A stretch of 64,000 nucleotides of DNA from Alphaproteobacteria bacterium (GTDB lineage Bacteria; Pseudomonadota; Alphaproteobacteria; GCA-2731375), in contig CBDDBZ010000027.1 in NCBI GenBank assembly GCA_965225945.1, positions 32,001 through 96,000 on the forward strand. Direction: 5' to 3'. The position numbers and the translations under genes were made by a program. The first letter of the stretch is position 1. Every line of letters starts with the position of its first letter. Shown here one piece after another: positions 10,815 to 20,077 of this stretch. Under the pieces are notes generated by a model, which was given only the letters and a program-made list of their open reading frames with translations, made no database searches and was not told where the DNA came from.

Positions 10815-11015
10815 TCACCCCCCAGCGTCCGCCACCCGAAGGACCCGCTCCCGCAGCACGTCCTTGCGGACCTTGCCCATGCTGTCGAGCGAAAACTCGC
10901 TCATCATCACGATCCGCGACGGAAATTTGAAAGCCGCGATCCTCGGCCGCAGATAGGCGGGGATCTCGTCCTCGCTCAGGCCCTCGCCCGCTTTGGCGCG
11001 ACGATCACATAACTG
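10815..11015 (-). pseudogene. diverged duplicate of the 3' end of the acyl-CoA ligase at 15095-16765
   Basis: KAGEGLSEDEIPAYLRPRIAAFKFPSRI...MGKVRKDVLRE aligns with the ligase C-terminus at protein and DNA level. Confidence 0.85.
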
Positions 11016-11022
11016 CTGCCCC

Positions 11023-11685
11023 CTAGCCGTCTCGAGGCGTGATGCCGAGAACGATGTCGAAGGTACCGGCCAGGGCCGCGGGCTCGACGTGTGGCGCCGG
11101 CTCGAGGCCAACAAGCAGAAGCTCGCGCGCGGCCGCGTCGGGCAGCCGAGCGAACAGAAAATCCGCGTCGTTACGGGGCTCGCCCCGGAGGTACATCTGG
11201 GTCGTGAAGGCCTCCATGCCCGGGCCCGACAGGCGAAAGTGGATGTGCGGCGTCCGGCCCGGATAAGGCACCGGCTTCAGGGTACGGAACCTATAGGCCC
11301 CGTCTTCCCCGACCCGCATGCGGCCATAGCCCTGGAAATAGGGGTCGGCGCCGGCGCGCGGCTCACGCGGATGGTGATAGCGGCCAAGCGCATCGCACTG
11401 CCAGATCTCGATCTCGATACCTCTTGCCGGTCGGCCATCGAGGTCGAGGACACGTCCCATGATATGCGCGATCTGGCCTTGGGCATGACGCGGTTGACCA
11501 GCGACCTGGACCAAGTCGTTGTCCGTATCCCGAGGCTTGACCTTGGGATAGAAGGGCCCCGCGGTCTGGCCCGGCGTCGGCGCCAATACCGCCGCCCAGC
11601 CGAATCGAGAAAGGCCGAGTCCGACGGCGGCTGCCGCGCCCGCACCCAATAGCCGACGACGCGACTTCCATGCTTCTGTGCGCAT
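11023..11685 (-). CDS. intradiol ring-cleavage dioxygenase-like protein with Tat signal
   Basis: SRRRLL Tat-like leader; GPFYP, EIWQCDALGRYHH, YPGRTPHIHF motifs. Confidence 0.9.
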   Translation of the reverse strand: MRTEAWKSRRRLLGAGAAAAVGLGLSRFGWAAVLAPTPGQTAGPFYPKVKPRDTDNDLVQVAGQPRHAQGQIAHIMGRVLDLDGRPARGIEIEIWQCDALGRYHHPREPRAGADPYFQGYGRMRVGEDGAYRFRTLKPVPYPGRTPHIHFRLSGPGMEAFTTQMYLRGEPRNDADFLFARLPDAAARELLLVGLEPAPHVEPAALAGTFDIVLGITPRDG

Positions 11686-11819
11686 CGGTCTTCCTTCTCA
11701 ATGCGACGAAATTCCCATCCCACCGCTTCCATTAAGCTGGGATTGACCAGAGACGGCTGCTCCCGGTCGGTGACGATAGTAACAGAAAGGAAGCCGGACC
11801 ACGAATTCGGCGCTAAACT

Positions 11820-12035
11820 GATGTGGGGATCGCGATCAATCTTTTTATCGCATCGCGCGGAATCGTCGATGAGATTACGTGCCTCGTGCCACTCCCCGCG
11901 CTACGCGACGCCCTCGCCGCGCTTTGACGCCTCCGACCAACTCGTCGATGACGATACCGTTCTTCGCGTGCATGCAGACCAGCGTGCCGTCCTCGCCCGC
12001 CTTGCGGAACGTGCGGAAGTTCGTGCCTTCGAGGG
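11820..12035 (-). pseudogene. possible amidohydrolase (dihydropyrimidinase-like) fragment
   Basis: FRKAGEDGTLVCMHAKNGIVIDELV resembles the MHAENG region; no intact ORF. Confidence 0.35.
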
Positions 12036-12386
12036 GCTTTCGATGATGGCCGCCACGCAACGAAAAAGGCCCCAATTTCTCGGGGCCTTGATCGAAACAG
12101 TGTCTCGATTGGACGCAACCGGGCAATTGGATTATTTCGCCTTGACCATCATGGGCTTGCCCGTATCGCCAACCTGAAAAACCATGATCTTGGTGGAAAT
12201 TTTCGCACTTACGTTCTTGGCCACCATCGCCATGCCCGGGACCTCCGGATAGATTTCACCCGCGGGGATCGTAAGCACTTTGTTCTCCAACTCAATCGTC
12301 AACTCGCCTTCCAAGACATAGACAAAGACGTGACCGGGATGGAAATGCTTCCCGCCGACAAATCCCGCGGGTAGCGTGAAATGTTT

Positions 12387-13982
12387 GTAACTGCCCAGGT
12401 AGCTGATTTCGATGAGGCTGCGGATTGGGTCTCTGGGGGCAGATTTTGTGGGTTTGGGGCGCTGACGGCCTAGATTTCGTTTGACATAGGGTGGTTGGTC
12501 GATTCTAAGGATTCGATGGATAGGGATGTTCTTGCCTTTTTGTCGAAAGACGAGCTGATCGATGTGGTGCTGGCCCAAGGGTCGCGGCTCGCCGAGTTCG
12601 AACTCCGGCTTGGTGAACTCGAGCGCCGGCTTGGCCTGAACAGCACGAACAGCGGCAAGCCACCGTCGAGCGATGGATTGAACAAGCCACCGGCGGGTAA
12701 AAAGAAGCGCACCAGGAGCCTCCGTAAGAAATCGGCCCGCAAGCCGGGCGGGCAAAAGGGCCACAAGGGCGAGACCCTGCGCCAAGTCGCCGATCCCGAC
12801 GCCACCGTCGACCATTATCCCGAGACGTGCCAGTGGTGTGGTTCGGGATTGACGCCGGATATGGCTACCGGCCATGGGGCCCGCCAGGTTTTCGATCTAC
12901 CCGAGCCCCGGCCCCTGGTGGTCACGGAGCATCGGGCGCATCGCTGCCGTTGCGGGCATTGCGGCACGTACACTCGGGCTTCTTTTCCCGTCGCCATCAC
13001 CGGCCCGGTTCAATACGGCGCTCGGATCGGAGCCATGGTGGTCTACCTGTCGCACTACCAACTCCTGCCCGAGGACCGCCTGGCTGAATTGATGAAGGAT
13101 CTGTTCGGGGCGGAACTGTCTCCGGCGAGCCTCGCGCGGAGGGGCGGGAACAGCGCCGAGTCCGTCCAAGGCGTCGTCGATGTGATCCGCGAACTGGTGA
13201 AATCGGCGCCGGTCAAGCACATGGACGAGACCGGCTTGCGGATCGCCGGGCGGACCCAATGGTTGCACGTCGCCTCGACCGCGCGGTTGACCTTCTATCG
13301 GGTCTCGGAGCGACGCGGCAGCCTGCTCGGCGGAGTCGGCGGCATCGTCGTCCATGACCACTGGAAGCCGTACTTTACGATGGAGGGCGTACGGCACGCG
13401 CTGTGCAACGCCCATCACCTGCGCGAGTTGCAAGCCCTGATCGAGATCGAGAAGGAGGGCTGGGCACGCAAGATGCAGAGACTATTGCGCCGCGCCTGCC
13501 ACGCGGTAAATCTCGCCCGGGAGCGGGGCGTGGCGCTGAAACCAGGCCTCGTCGAGCGCTTCCGAGGGTGTTACGACGCGATCACGGCCGAGGGCATCGC
13601 CTTTCACGAGGCACAACCTCCTCTTGCGCCCAGATCGAGCAAGGCCAAGCGCCGGGGAAGCAAGCCGCGCCGCACCGGGCACAACCTTCTCCGGCGCCTT
13701 CAGACACACAAGGAAGACGCGCTGCGCTTCCTCATCAATTTCGCCGTGCCGTTCACCAACAATCAGGCCGAGCAGGACGGGCGCATGATGAAGGTCAAGC
13801 AGAAAATCTCCGGCGGCTTCCGCAGCCAGAAAGGCGCCGAAGACTTTGCCACCGTCCGCGGCTTCATCTCGACCGCCAGAAAACAGGGCCGGAACATCAT
13901 CCAGGCGCTCATGGAAAATCCCGAAACCCTGATCGAGCGTCTCCACGCCGCCTAAAAGGCCACCATGTACCTGGGCAGTTAC
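12387..13982 (+). mobile_element. IS66 family element (single-ORF, ISBst12-like), copy 1
   Basis: TIR GTAACTGCCCAGGTA / TACCTGGGCAGTTAC; 8-bp TSD AAATGTTT at 12379-12386 and 13983-13990. Confidence 0.95.
12516..13955 (+). CDS. IS66 family transposase
   Basis: NSGKPPSSD, Zn-finger Cys pairs, MDETG, CNAHHLREL, FTNNQAEQDGR, KQKISGGFRS. Confidence 0.95.
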   Translation: MDRDVLAFLSKDELIDVVLAQGSRLAEFELRLGELERRLGLNSTNSGKPPSSDGLNKPPAGKKKRTRSLRKKSARKPGGQKGHKGETLRQVADPDATVDHYPETCQWCGSGLTPDMATGHGARQVFDLPEPRPLVVTEHRAHRCRCGHCGTYTRASFPVAITGPVQYGARIGAMVVYLSHYQLLPEDRLAELMKDLFGAELSPASLARRGGNSAESVQGVVDVIRELVKSAPVKHMDETGLRIAGRTQWLHVASTARLTFYRVSERRGSLLGGVGGIVVHDHWKPYFTMEGVRHALCNAHHLRELQALIEIEKEGWARKMQRLLRRACHAVNLARERGVALKPGLVERFRGCYDAITAEGIAFHEAQPPLAPRSSKAKRRGSKPRRTGHNLLRRLQTHKEDALRFLINFAVPFTNNQAEQDGRMMKVKQKISGGFRSQKGAEDFATVRGFISTARKQGRNIIQALMENPETLIERLHAA

Positions 13983-14333
13983 AAATGTTTTATGATGACG
14001 GTCTTGCCATCAACGCCACTCAAAGCACTTTCATACAAAGCCTTTACCACCGCCTTCGGCTTGTACTCCGCAGCCTGAACTTCCAGGCCGGACGCCGCGC
14101 CGAACGACAATACGCCTGCTAGCGCAAGAGCGTATCCGAGCTTGGTCGATTTCATGGTGTTCTCCCCTATCACCTGTCGAGATTTTGCCACATGAACACG
14201 GAATGCCCACAAGGCTCCCCGAGCACCGACGCACAGTATAAAACGAGATTCCCCAGATGACCACCGGTTCCGACCATCAAAATTGGCCATATTTGGCTTT
14301 CCATGGCGATTTGGAGGACAGGATCGAAGATTC

Positions 14334-15088
14334 CTTGCCTATCCGGTTATCACCCACACCCACTATATGTAGTGTGTCTCCTTGGACTGCAGGCAAGGGC
14401 CGGCGCAGGCGCATTGAGGAGGCGATCCGGCTAATTCTTGATTGTTCTGAAAACCGAACCGGAGTTTAATTCACGTCACGTACTTAACATCGGGGGACGG
14501 AACGGTGGCGACCAAGGGAAAAACGAAGAAACCCACGGCCAGACGGGAAGCTGCTGATGAAACGACATCGTCTGAGCGATTGACGGCACTAGTCGAAGAA
14601 AGCGACGCGCTGGCACGAATCGTTGCGAAGAACCCGTCCGCGCCTGTTAGTCTCCTGCGCGTTTTGAGTCGCAGCGAAGACGAAGCGACACGCAAGAACG
14701 TGATCCTCAATCCGTTTACTTCATATGACGTATTGAGCGAACTTGAAAACCAGTTCACAGAGCTATTTGTGAATAATCCGGCACTCGAATCCTACAATTC
14801 AATGAAGCTCTGATTTCCTGGAATATTCCATCGGTGTCGTTCACCTCCGATTTCAGATAAATTTCAATGAAGTGACGGTCCTTTATGCAACGTGGCGTTT
14901 TGCCAAATCCGACTCAATGATTAGGATTTCCACCACGCTAAAGTGTCGCCTAAAAGGCGCTACAATGCCGTCCGAGTCCCTGCTCGGCATCGCCGGAGAT
15001 ATCTCCGCTTCGACCTGCACCGAGCTTTACTCAGGAAAATGGGTGCACACTACATATAGTGGGTGTGGGTGATAACCGGATAGGTAAG
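14334..15088 (+). mobile_element. 755-bp non-autonomous IS1595-type element with passenger ORF, copy 1
   Basis: 43-bp TIR CTTGCCTATCCGGTTATCACCCACACCCACTATATGTAGTGTG (one mismatch at right end); 8-bp TSD GAAGATTC at 14326-14333 and 15089-15096; no transposase. Confidence 0.92.
14505..14813 (+). CDS. leucine-rich-variant (LRV/HEAT-like) repeat passenger protein, probably truncated
   Basis: VAKNPSAPVSLLRVLS, VILNPFTSYDVLSEL, FVNNPAL repeats; identical protein in copy 4. Confidence 0.55.
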   Translation: MATKGKTKKPTARREAADETTSSERLTALVEESDALARIVAKNPSAPVSLLRVLSRSEDEATRKNVILNPFTSYDVLSELENQFTELFVNNPALESYNSMKL

Positions 15089-15094
15089 GAAGAT

Positions 15095-16765
15095 TCAAGC
15101 CCCGCCGTCCGTCGAGCCGAGAACCCACTCCCTCAGCACGTCCTTGCGGACCTTACCCATGCTGTTGAGCGGAAACTCGCTCACCATCACGATGCGCGAC
15201 GGCAATTTGTAGGCCGCGATTCTCGGCTTCAGATAGGCGCGGATCTCGTCCTCGCTCAGGCCCTCGCCCGCCTTGGCGATGACGCAGGCGCAGACCACCT
15301 CGCCATAATAGGCGTCGGGGAGACCGATCACCGAGACCTCGGAGATCCGGGGCTCGGCCACCAGGATCTCCTCGATCTCCCTCGGCGATACGTTGGCGCC
15401 GCCGCGAATGATGACGTCCTTAGCCCGACCGACGATGCGAAAGATCCCCGCCTCGTCCACCGTCGCGAGATCGCCCGAGCGGAACCATCCCTCCCCGTCC
15501 CATGACGAGGCATTGGCCTCCGCGTTATTCAGGTAGCCGGCGCACATGCCCGCGCTCTTGATCACCAGCTCGCCGACCTCGCCCGCCGCGACGGGCGAGC
15601 CGTCGGCGTCGACGACGCGCGCCTCCACCCCCCCTATGGTCCGCCCGATCGTGCCCGCGACGTCGTCCGGGTCGTCCTCGGGCGACCACCAGAAGCCCAT
15701 GCCGAATTCGTTCATGCCGAAGGCATCGATGAAGGCGGGGGTGAATTTCCGCCGCAGCTCCCGAATCGAGGCAATCGGGAAGCTCGCGCCCGCGGACAAC
15801 GCCAGGCGAAGCGAGTCCCGTCGCGTGCGCTCCAACGCCGGGCTGTTGGTGAGCGCGATGAAGGCCGTGGGCGTGCCGGCGAGGTAGGTGACGGCCTCCC
15901 GCTCGATCAGCTCCAGGGCCCGGGTGGCGGAGAAACGGTCCATCAGCACCGTGGTGAGGCCGGCGGCGAGCGGCAGTTGCAGCCCCATGATCACACCAAA
16001 ATTGGTGGAGAACGGCACATAGGCCAGCGCCACGTCGTCGGCGTCGAGCTTGAAATCTTGGACGACCATCCTCCCTGAGTGCGCCAGCGTATTGTTGGTG
16101 TGCATGATCGCCTTCGCCGCGCCCGTGGTGCCGGAGGTGAAGACGATGCGGGCGACCTGGTCCGGGTCCGGCCGCCACGCCGCCAAGGTTTCGGGCGTGA
16201 TTCGGTCTTCGATTCGCTCGGCCAGCATCGCCTCCAAGGACAGGCAGCCGTCCGGCGCCGCGCCGCGCGCGACGATGACGTGGGCCAAGGCCGGAAGCTC
16301 GGGCCCGAGGGCGCGAAGGCAGGCGGGATAGTCGAAGTCCTGGAACTCGCAGGGGATGATCGCCGCCTTCGCGGGCGCGACGGCGAAGCCATGGGCCATC
16401 TCGGCGCCGCGCCAGTCCGCGCCGAGTTGAACCACCACGGCGCCCGCGAGCTGGATGGCGTGGTAACAGACGACATACTCGAACCAGTTGGGCAATTGCA
16501 GGGCGACGACATCGCCCGGCTCGATCCCCAACTCGGCCAGATGCAGCGCGAGGCGCCGGCTCAGGCGATAGAGCGCGGCCCAGGAGAGGCGCGTCTCGCC
16601 ATCGACGATCGCGATTCGCTCTGGGCGTTCCTCGGCGTGTTTCGCCAACAGGTCGCCCGCCACCTCGTCGCGCCAGAAGCCTTTCCCGTAGGACTGCTCG
16701 ATGCGCAAAGCGTCGAGGCGCCCCTCTACCGCCCGAATTGGCACGGCCCGAATTCGCAAACCCAT
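15095..16765 (-). CDS. AMP-dependent acyl-CoA synthetase/ligase
   Basis: FTSGTTGAAK, GWFRSGDL, GRAKDVIIRGG, GKVRK motifs. Confidence 0.93.
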   Translation of the reverse strand: MGLRIRAVPIRAVEGRLDALRIEQSYGKGFWRDEVAGDLLAKHAEERPERIAIVDGETRLSWAALYRLSRRLALHLAELGIEPGDVVALQLPNWFEYVVCYHAIQLAGAVVVQLGADWRGAEMAHGFAVAPAKAAIIPCEFQDFDYPACLRALGPELPALAHVIVARGAAPDGCLSLEAMLAERIEDRITPETLAAWRPDPDQVARIVFTSGTTGAAKAIMHTNNTLAHSGRMVVQDFKLDADDVALAYVPFSTNFGVIMGLQLPLAAGLTTVLMDRFSATRALELIEREAVTYLAGTPTAFIALTNSPALERTRRDSLRLALSAGASFPIASIRELRRKFTPAFIDAFGMNEFGMGFWWSPEDDPDDVAGTIGRTIGGVEARVVDADGSPVAAGEVGELVIKSAGMCAGYLNNAEANASSWDGEGWFRSGDLATVDEAGIFRIVGRAKDVIIRGGANVSPREIEEILVAEPRISEVSVIGLPDAYYGEVVCACVIAKAGEGLSEDEIRAYLKPRIAAYKLPSRIVMVSEFPLNSMGKVRKDVLREWVLGSTDGGA

Positions 16766-16774
16766 CTCCCAAAT

Positions 16775-17794
16775 TCAGATCTGCTTGATCGCGTCCACCA
16801 GCGCGCGGATGTCGTCGTGGCTGAGCTCCTCGAACCACTCGTCGTCGAGCTGGACCCGTTGCACCACGCCGCCGAAACGCGCCCGCAATTTGCCCACGAC
16901 CTCCTCGGGCGTGCCGACGACCGCGTATTCATCGAGCATCTCGTCGCCGACCAGAGTCCCCATCTCCACCCATTTGCCCTCGCGGGCCATGGAGATGAAG
17001 CTCGAAAACTTGTCCTCCCAGCCGTGCAGCGCCAGCAGCGGGCGATATTCCGGCGTCGAGGCGTAGAGCGCGATCCGCTCGCGAAGCCGCCGCCGCACCG
17101 CATCGAGACCCACCTCCGTCTTCGCGCACCCGACGAAGCCATGGGCGCCGAGGTCGAGCTCCGCGAGGCTCCGTCCCGCCCGCTCGGCGCCGATCTCCAG
17201 GTTGGGCAGCATCACCTCCGAGAACCACTTGTAGGTCACCGGATCGCCCGGCAGGTGACCGTCGGCGAGCTCGCCGGTGAGCCGACACATGAACTTGTTG
17301 ATGGCCGCGAGATAGACCGGAACGCGGGGATGGTCGATTGCGCCCGGATCATAATAGGGGATCATCAGGGAGAACCGGTAGTGCTCGCCCTCGTAGGCGA
17401 GCGGCGTGCCGTTTTGCCAGCAATCCCAGATGGCGCGCATCGATTGCACGTATTCGCGCATCCGCGGCACCGGCGGCACGACCTCGGTGCTCCACCGCCG
17501 GGTCAGGTGGGATTTCGTCTGGCTGCCCAAGCCGAGCTGGAATCGCCCCTTCGACAGCGACTGGATCGACCAGGCGTCATAGGCGGTCGCCATGGGGCTG
17601 CGGGGGAAGGCGACGAAGATGCCGGTGAGCAGATCGATTCGGCTCGTGGCCATGGCCGAGGCGACCGCCGAAAGCGTCGGGGGAACGGTCAGCTCGAGCA
17701 AGGTGATGCCGTCGTAGCCCAGCGCCTCGGCGCGACGGGCCTGTTCGGGAAATTCCTCCAGGAGGCGAGGCCGGACCATCAGGTAAACCCGCAT
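16775..17794 (-). CDS. LLM class (putatively F420-dependent, TIGR03617-like) oxidoreductase
   Basis: AFPRSPM, GRFQLGLGSQ, YASTPEYRP, HGW motifs. Confidence 0.88.
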   Translation of the reverse strand: MRVYLMVRPRLLEEFPEQARRAEALGYDGITLLELTVPPTLSAVASAMATSRIDLLTGIFVAFPRSPMATAYDAWSIQSLSKGRFQLGLGSQTKSHLTRRWSTEVVPPVPRMREYVQSMRAIWDCWQNGTPLAYEGEHYRFSLMIPYYDPGAIDHPRVPVYLAAINKFMCRLTGELADGHLPGDPVTYKWFSEVMLPNLEIGAERAGRSLAELDLGAHGFVGCAKTEVGLDAVRRRLRERIALYASTPEYRPLLALHGWEDKFSSFISMAREGKWVEMGTLVGDEMLDEYAVVGTPEEVVGKLRARFGGVVQRVQLDDEWFEELSHDDIRALVDAIKQI

Positions 17795-18002
17795 GAGACT
17801 CTCCCGACCGGCGCCAACGTTACTTACACGCGGGCATGCTATCGCTTCCAGAGCCCGTGCGAAACGCCGGCTTCGAAAACGTGGCGGCCGGACGCGGAGG
17901 GGCCGGCGGAGACCGAGCCGCCCGCTCATGACAAGCCCCGGGCTCGGCCCTATAGTCCAACCCCAAAGTGACCAGGACGGTGGGCGGCGAGGACGGTGGG
18001 CG

Positions 18003-18830
18003 ATGGCTGAGATCTTGCTGGACAGTGTCGAGGCCCTGGTGGGCCGGATCGAGGACGGTGCCAAGCTGGCGATCGTCAAGAACCCGAACGGCGTCGCGAT
18101 GGAAGCGGTGCGCGCGCTGCTGCGGCGCGGCGTCAAGGACCTGCATCTGCTCGGCGTACCCACGAGCGGCATGGCCGCCGACCTGCTGATCGGGGCCGGC
18201 GCCCTCGCCACCCTCGAGAGTTCGGGGATCACGCTCGACGAGCAGGGCCAAGCGCCATGCTTCGCCCGCGCCGTGAAGGCGGGCACGCTTCTGCTCATGG
18301 ATTCGACCTGTCCCGCCGTCTACGCCGGCCTGCAGGCGGCGGAGAAGGGCAACCCCTTCATGCCGCTCAGGGGTCTTCTGGGCACCGACGTGCTGCGTCA
18401 TCGGGCCGACTACAAGGTGATCGACAATCCCTTCGCCGAGGACGACAGAATCGTCCTGCTGCCGGCGATCCGGCCCGACGTCGCCCTCTTCCACGCCGCC
18501 ATGGCGGACGGCCGCGGCAACGTCTGGATTGGCCGCCAACGCGAACTGATGCTGATGGCGCACGCCGCCCGCGAGACGCTGGTCACGGTCGAGGAGATCC
18601 GCGATACCGACTTCCTGCAAGACGAGGCGCTGGCGCCGGGCACCATTTCCACGCTCTATGTCACGGGCGTCGCCCGAGCGGAGAACGGGGCCTGGCCGAT
18701 GCCGCTCCCTGGCCGCTACGCCATCGACGGCGCGCATGTCGCGCTCTACGCCGAGATGGCGGCAAGCGAGGACGGCTTCGCCCGATACCTCGGCGAATAT
18801 GTGCTCAATTCCCGGGCGGCGGCGGAATAG
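18003..18830 (+). CDS. CoA-transferase subunit A (glutaconate CoA-transferase-like)
   Basis: GLQAAEKGNPFMPLRGLLGTD, PAIRPDVALFHA. Confidence 0.88.
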   Translation: MAEILLDSVEALVGRIEDGAKLAIVKNPNGVAMEAVRALLRRGVKDLHLLGVPTSGMAADLLIGAGALATLESSGITLDEQGQAPCFARAVKAGTLLLMDSTCPAVYAGLQAAEKGNPFMPLRGLLGTDVLRHRADYKVIDNPFAEDDRIVLLPAIRPDVALFHAAMADGRGNVWIGRQRELMLMAHAARETLVTVEEIRDTDFLQDEALAPGTISTLYVTGVARAENGAWPMPLPGRYAIDGAHVALYAEMAASEDGFARYLGEYVLNSRAAAE

Positions 18831-18843
18831 CCGGGCGAGGGTG

Positions 18844-19602
18844 ATGGGCACTTCGCGCGAGGAACTGCTGATCGCGGTGATCGCCCGGCTGCTGGAAGGC
18901 TCGCGCCACGTCGCCGTCGGCATGGCCTCGCCGATCCCGGGCTCGGCCGCGCTGCTGGCCCGGGCACTTTCGGGCAGCGACATGCGGGTCTCCATCCACA
19001 ATAGCGAGAACCTGCAATCCTGGACCGACGGCGGGGTCGAGATCTTCGATTGCGCCGCGCAAGGCCGGATCGACGCCTTCTTCCTCTCCGGCGGCCAGAT
19101 CGACGGCCAGGCGAACGTCAACCTGGTCGGCATCGGTGACTATCCGAGGACCACGGTTCGCTGGTCCGGCTCCTTCGGCTCGGCCTATCTCTATTTCCTG
19201 ATCCCCCGTGTGATCCTGTTTCGCGAGGAGCACAGCCGGCGGACCCTGGTGGAGCGGGTCGATTTCATCTCCGCCCCCGGCACTTCCGCGCCCAACGCCT
19301 ACCGCCCCGGCGGCCCCCGGGCCTTGGTCACCGGGCTCTGCGTCTTCGACTTCGACCAGGCCCGGAAGGGCTTCCGGTTGGCCTCGATCCATCCCGGCCA
19401 CGACCTGGAAGAGGTCCTGGACAACACCGGCTTCGCCTTCGAGGTCCCCGACCGAGTGGCCGAAACGCCGGTGCCCGACGCGGCGCTGCTCGAATTGGTG
19501 CGCGGCCGAATCGCCGCGGAGATCGCCGAGCCCTACCCCTCCTTCGCCAGCCGCGTCTTCGGCCGGGCGGGCGCGGCGGCGTCGACGAGCGTTCAGAGGT
19601 AG
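18844..19602 (+). CDS. CoA-transferase subunit B
   Basis: FFLSGGQIDGQANVNL, GSFGS, VERVDFISAPG, LASIHPG. Confidence 0.88.
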   Translation: MGTSREELLIAVIARLLEGSRHVAVGMASPIPGSAALLARALSGSDMRVSIHNSENLQSWTDGGVEIFDCAAQGRIDAFFLSGGQIDGQANVNLVGIGDYPRTTVRWSGSFGSAYLYFLIPRVILFREEHSRRTLVERVDFISAPGTSAPNAYRPGGPRALVTGLCVFDFDQARKGFRLASIHPGHDLEEVLDNTGFAFEVPDRVAETPVPDAALLELVRGRIAAEIAEPYPSFASRVFGRAGAAASTSVQR

Positions 19603-20018
19603 GTCGCGACCACGACCAGGCCGATGCCGATGATCACGAACACCGCGCCGCCGATCAGTAGGGCTTCAAAGAGACGGCTCTCGACGTTCGCGAGGGACAT
19701 GAACTGCCCGGGATCCTGGGGCAGGTAGAAGATGGAAAAGCTCGAGCCGGGCGTGGCCGCGAGGTACACATTCTTGTTTACGTCTTCCCAGCCCTCGTGC
19801 TTTTGGCCCGCGCCGTCGGAGTAGACGAACTCGAGCCAGTAGGACCAGCCTTCGTCGTATTCCTTGCCCGTGCCGATCACGGAGGCGTACACCGAAACGC
19901 CGTGAGTCCTGAAGGCGTTGCGTTCCTCGATCGCGAGGTAGCTGAAGACCCCGCCGACGATTCCAATCAGCACGGCGGCAATGCCGAATGTGAGCATCCC
20001 CTTCTTGGCTTCGGACAT
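19593..20018 (-). CDS. DUF3592-like membrane protein
   Basis: TM, beta domain ending IFYLPQDP, TM; AGGAGG RBS. Confidence 0.7.
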   Translation of the reverse strand: MSEAKKGMLTFGIAAVLIGIVGGVFSYLAIEERNAFRTHGVSVYASVIGTGKEYDEGWSYWLEFVYSDGAGQKHEGWEDVNKNVYLAATPGSSFSIFYLPQDPGQFMSLANVESRLFEALLIGGAVFVIIGIGLVVVATYL

Positions 20019-20077
20019 GGCCCCCTCCTGATGACCGCGACAGGGTTTGCTCACGCTAGCATGGTTCCCTCGCCCCG

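Larger units (their letters stand above)
12132..14155 (-). pseudogene. secreted cupin protein interrupted by IS66
   Basis: signal peptide MKSTKLGYALALA...VIIKH joins FTLPAGFVGGKHFHPGHVFVYVLEG across the IS66 TSD. Confidence 0.88.

Noticed and set aside
14872-15072. 66-aa ORF in the 755-bp element as a separate gene or transposase
   Set aside because: No DDE or HUH motif, it runs into the TIR, and it looks like a frameshifted continuation of the LRV gene.
16079-17971. Long antisense ORFs (also 41605-43620, 44868-46697, 52445-54166)
   Set aside because: Shadow frames opposite well-supported genes, expected in high-GC DNA.
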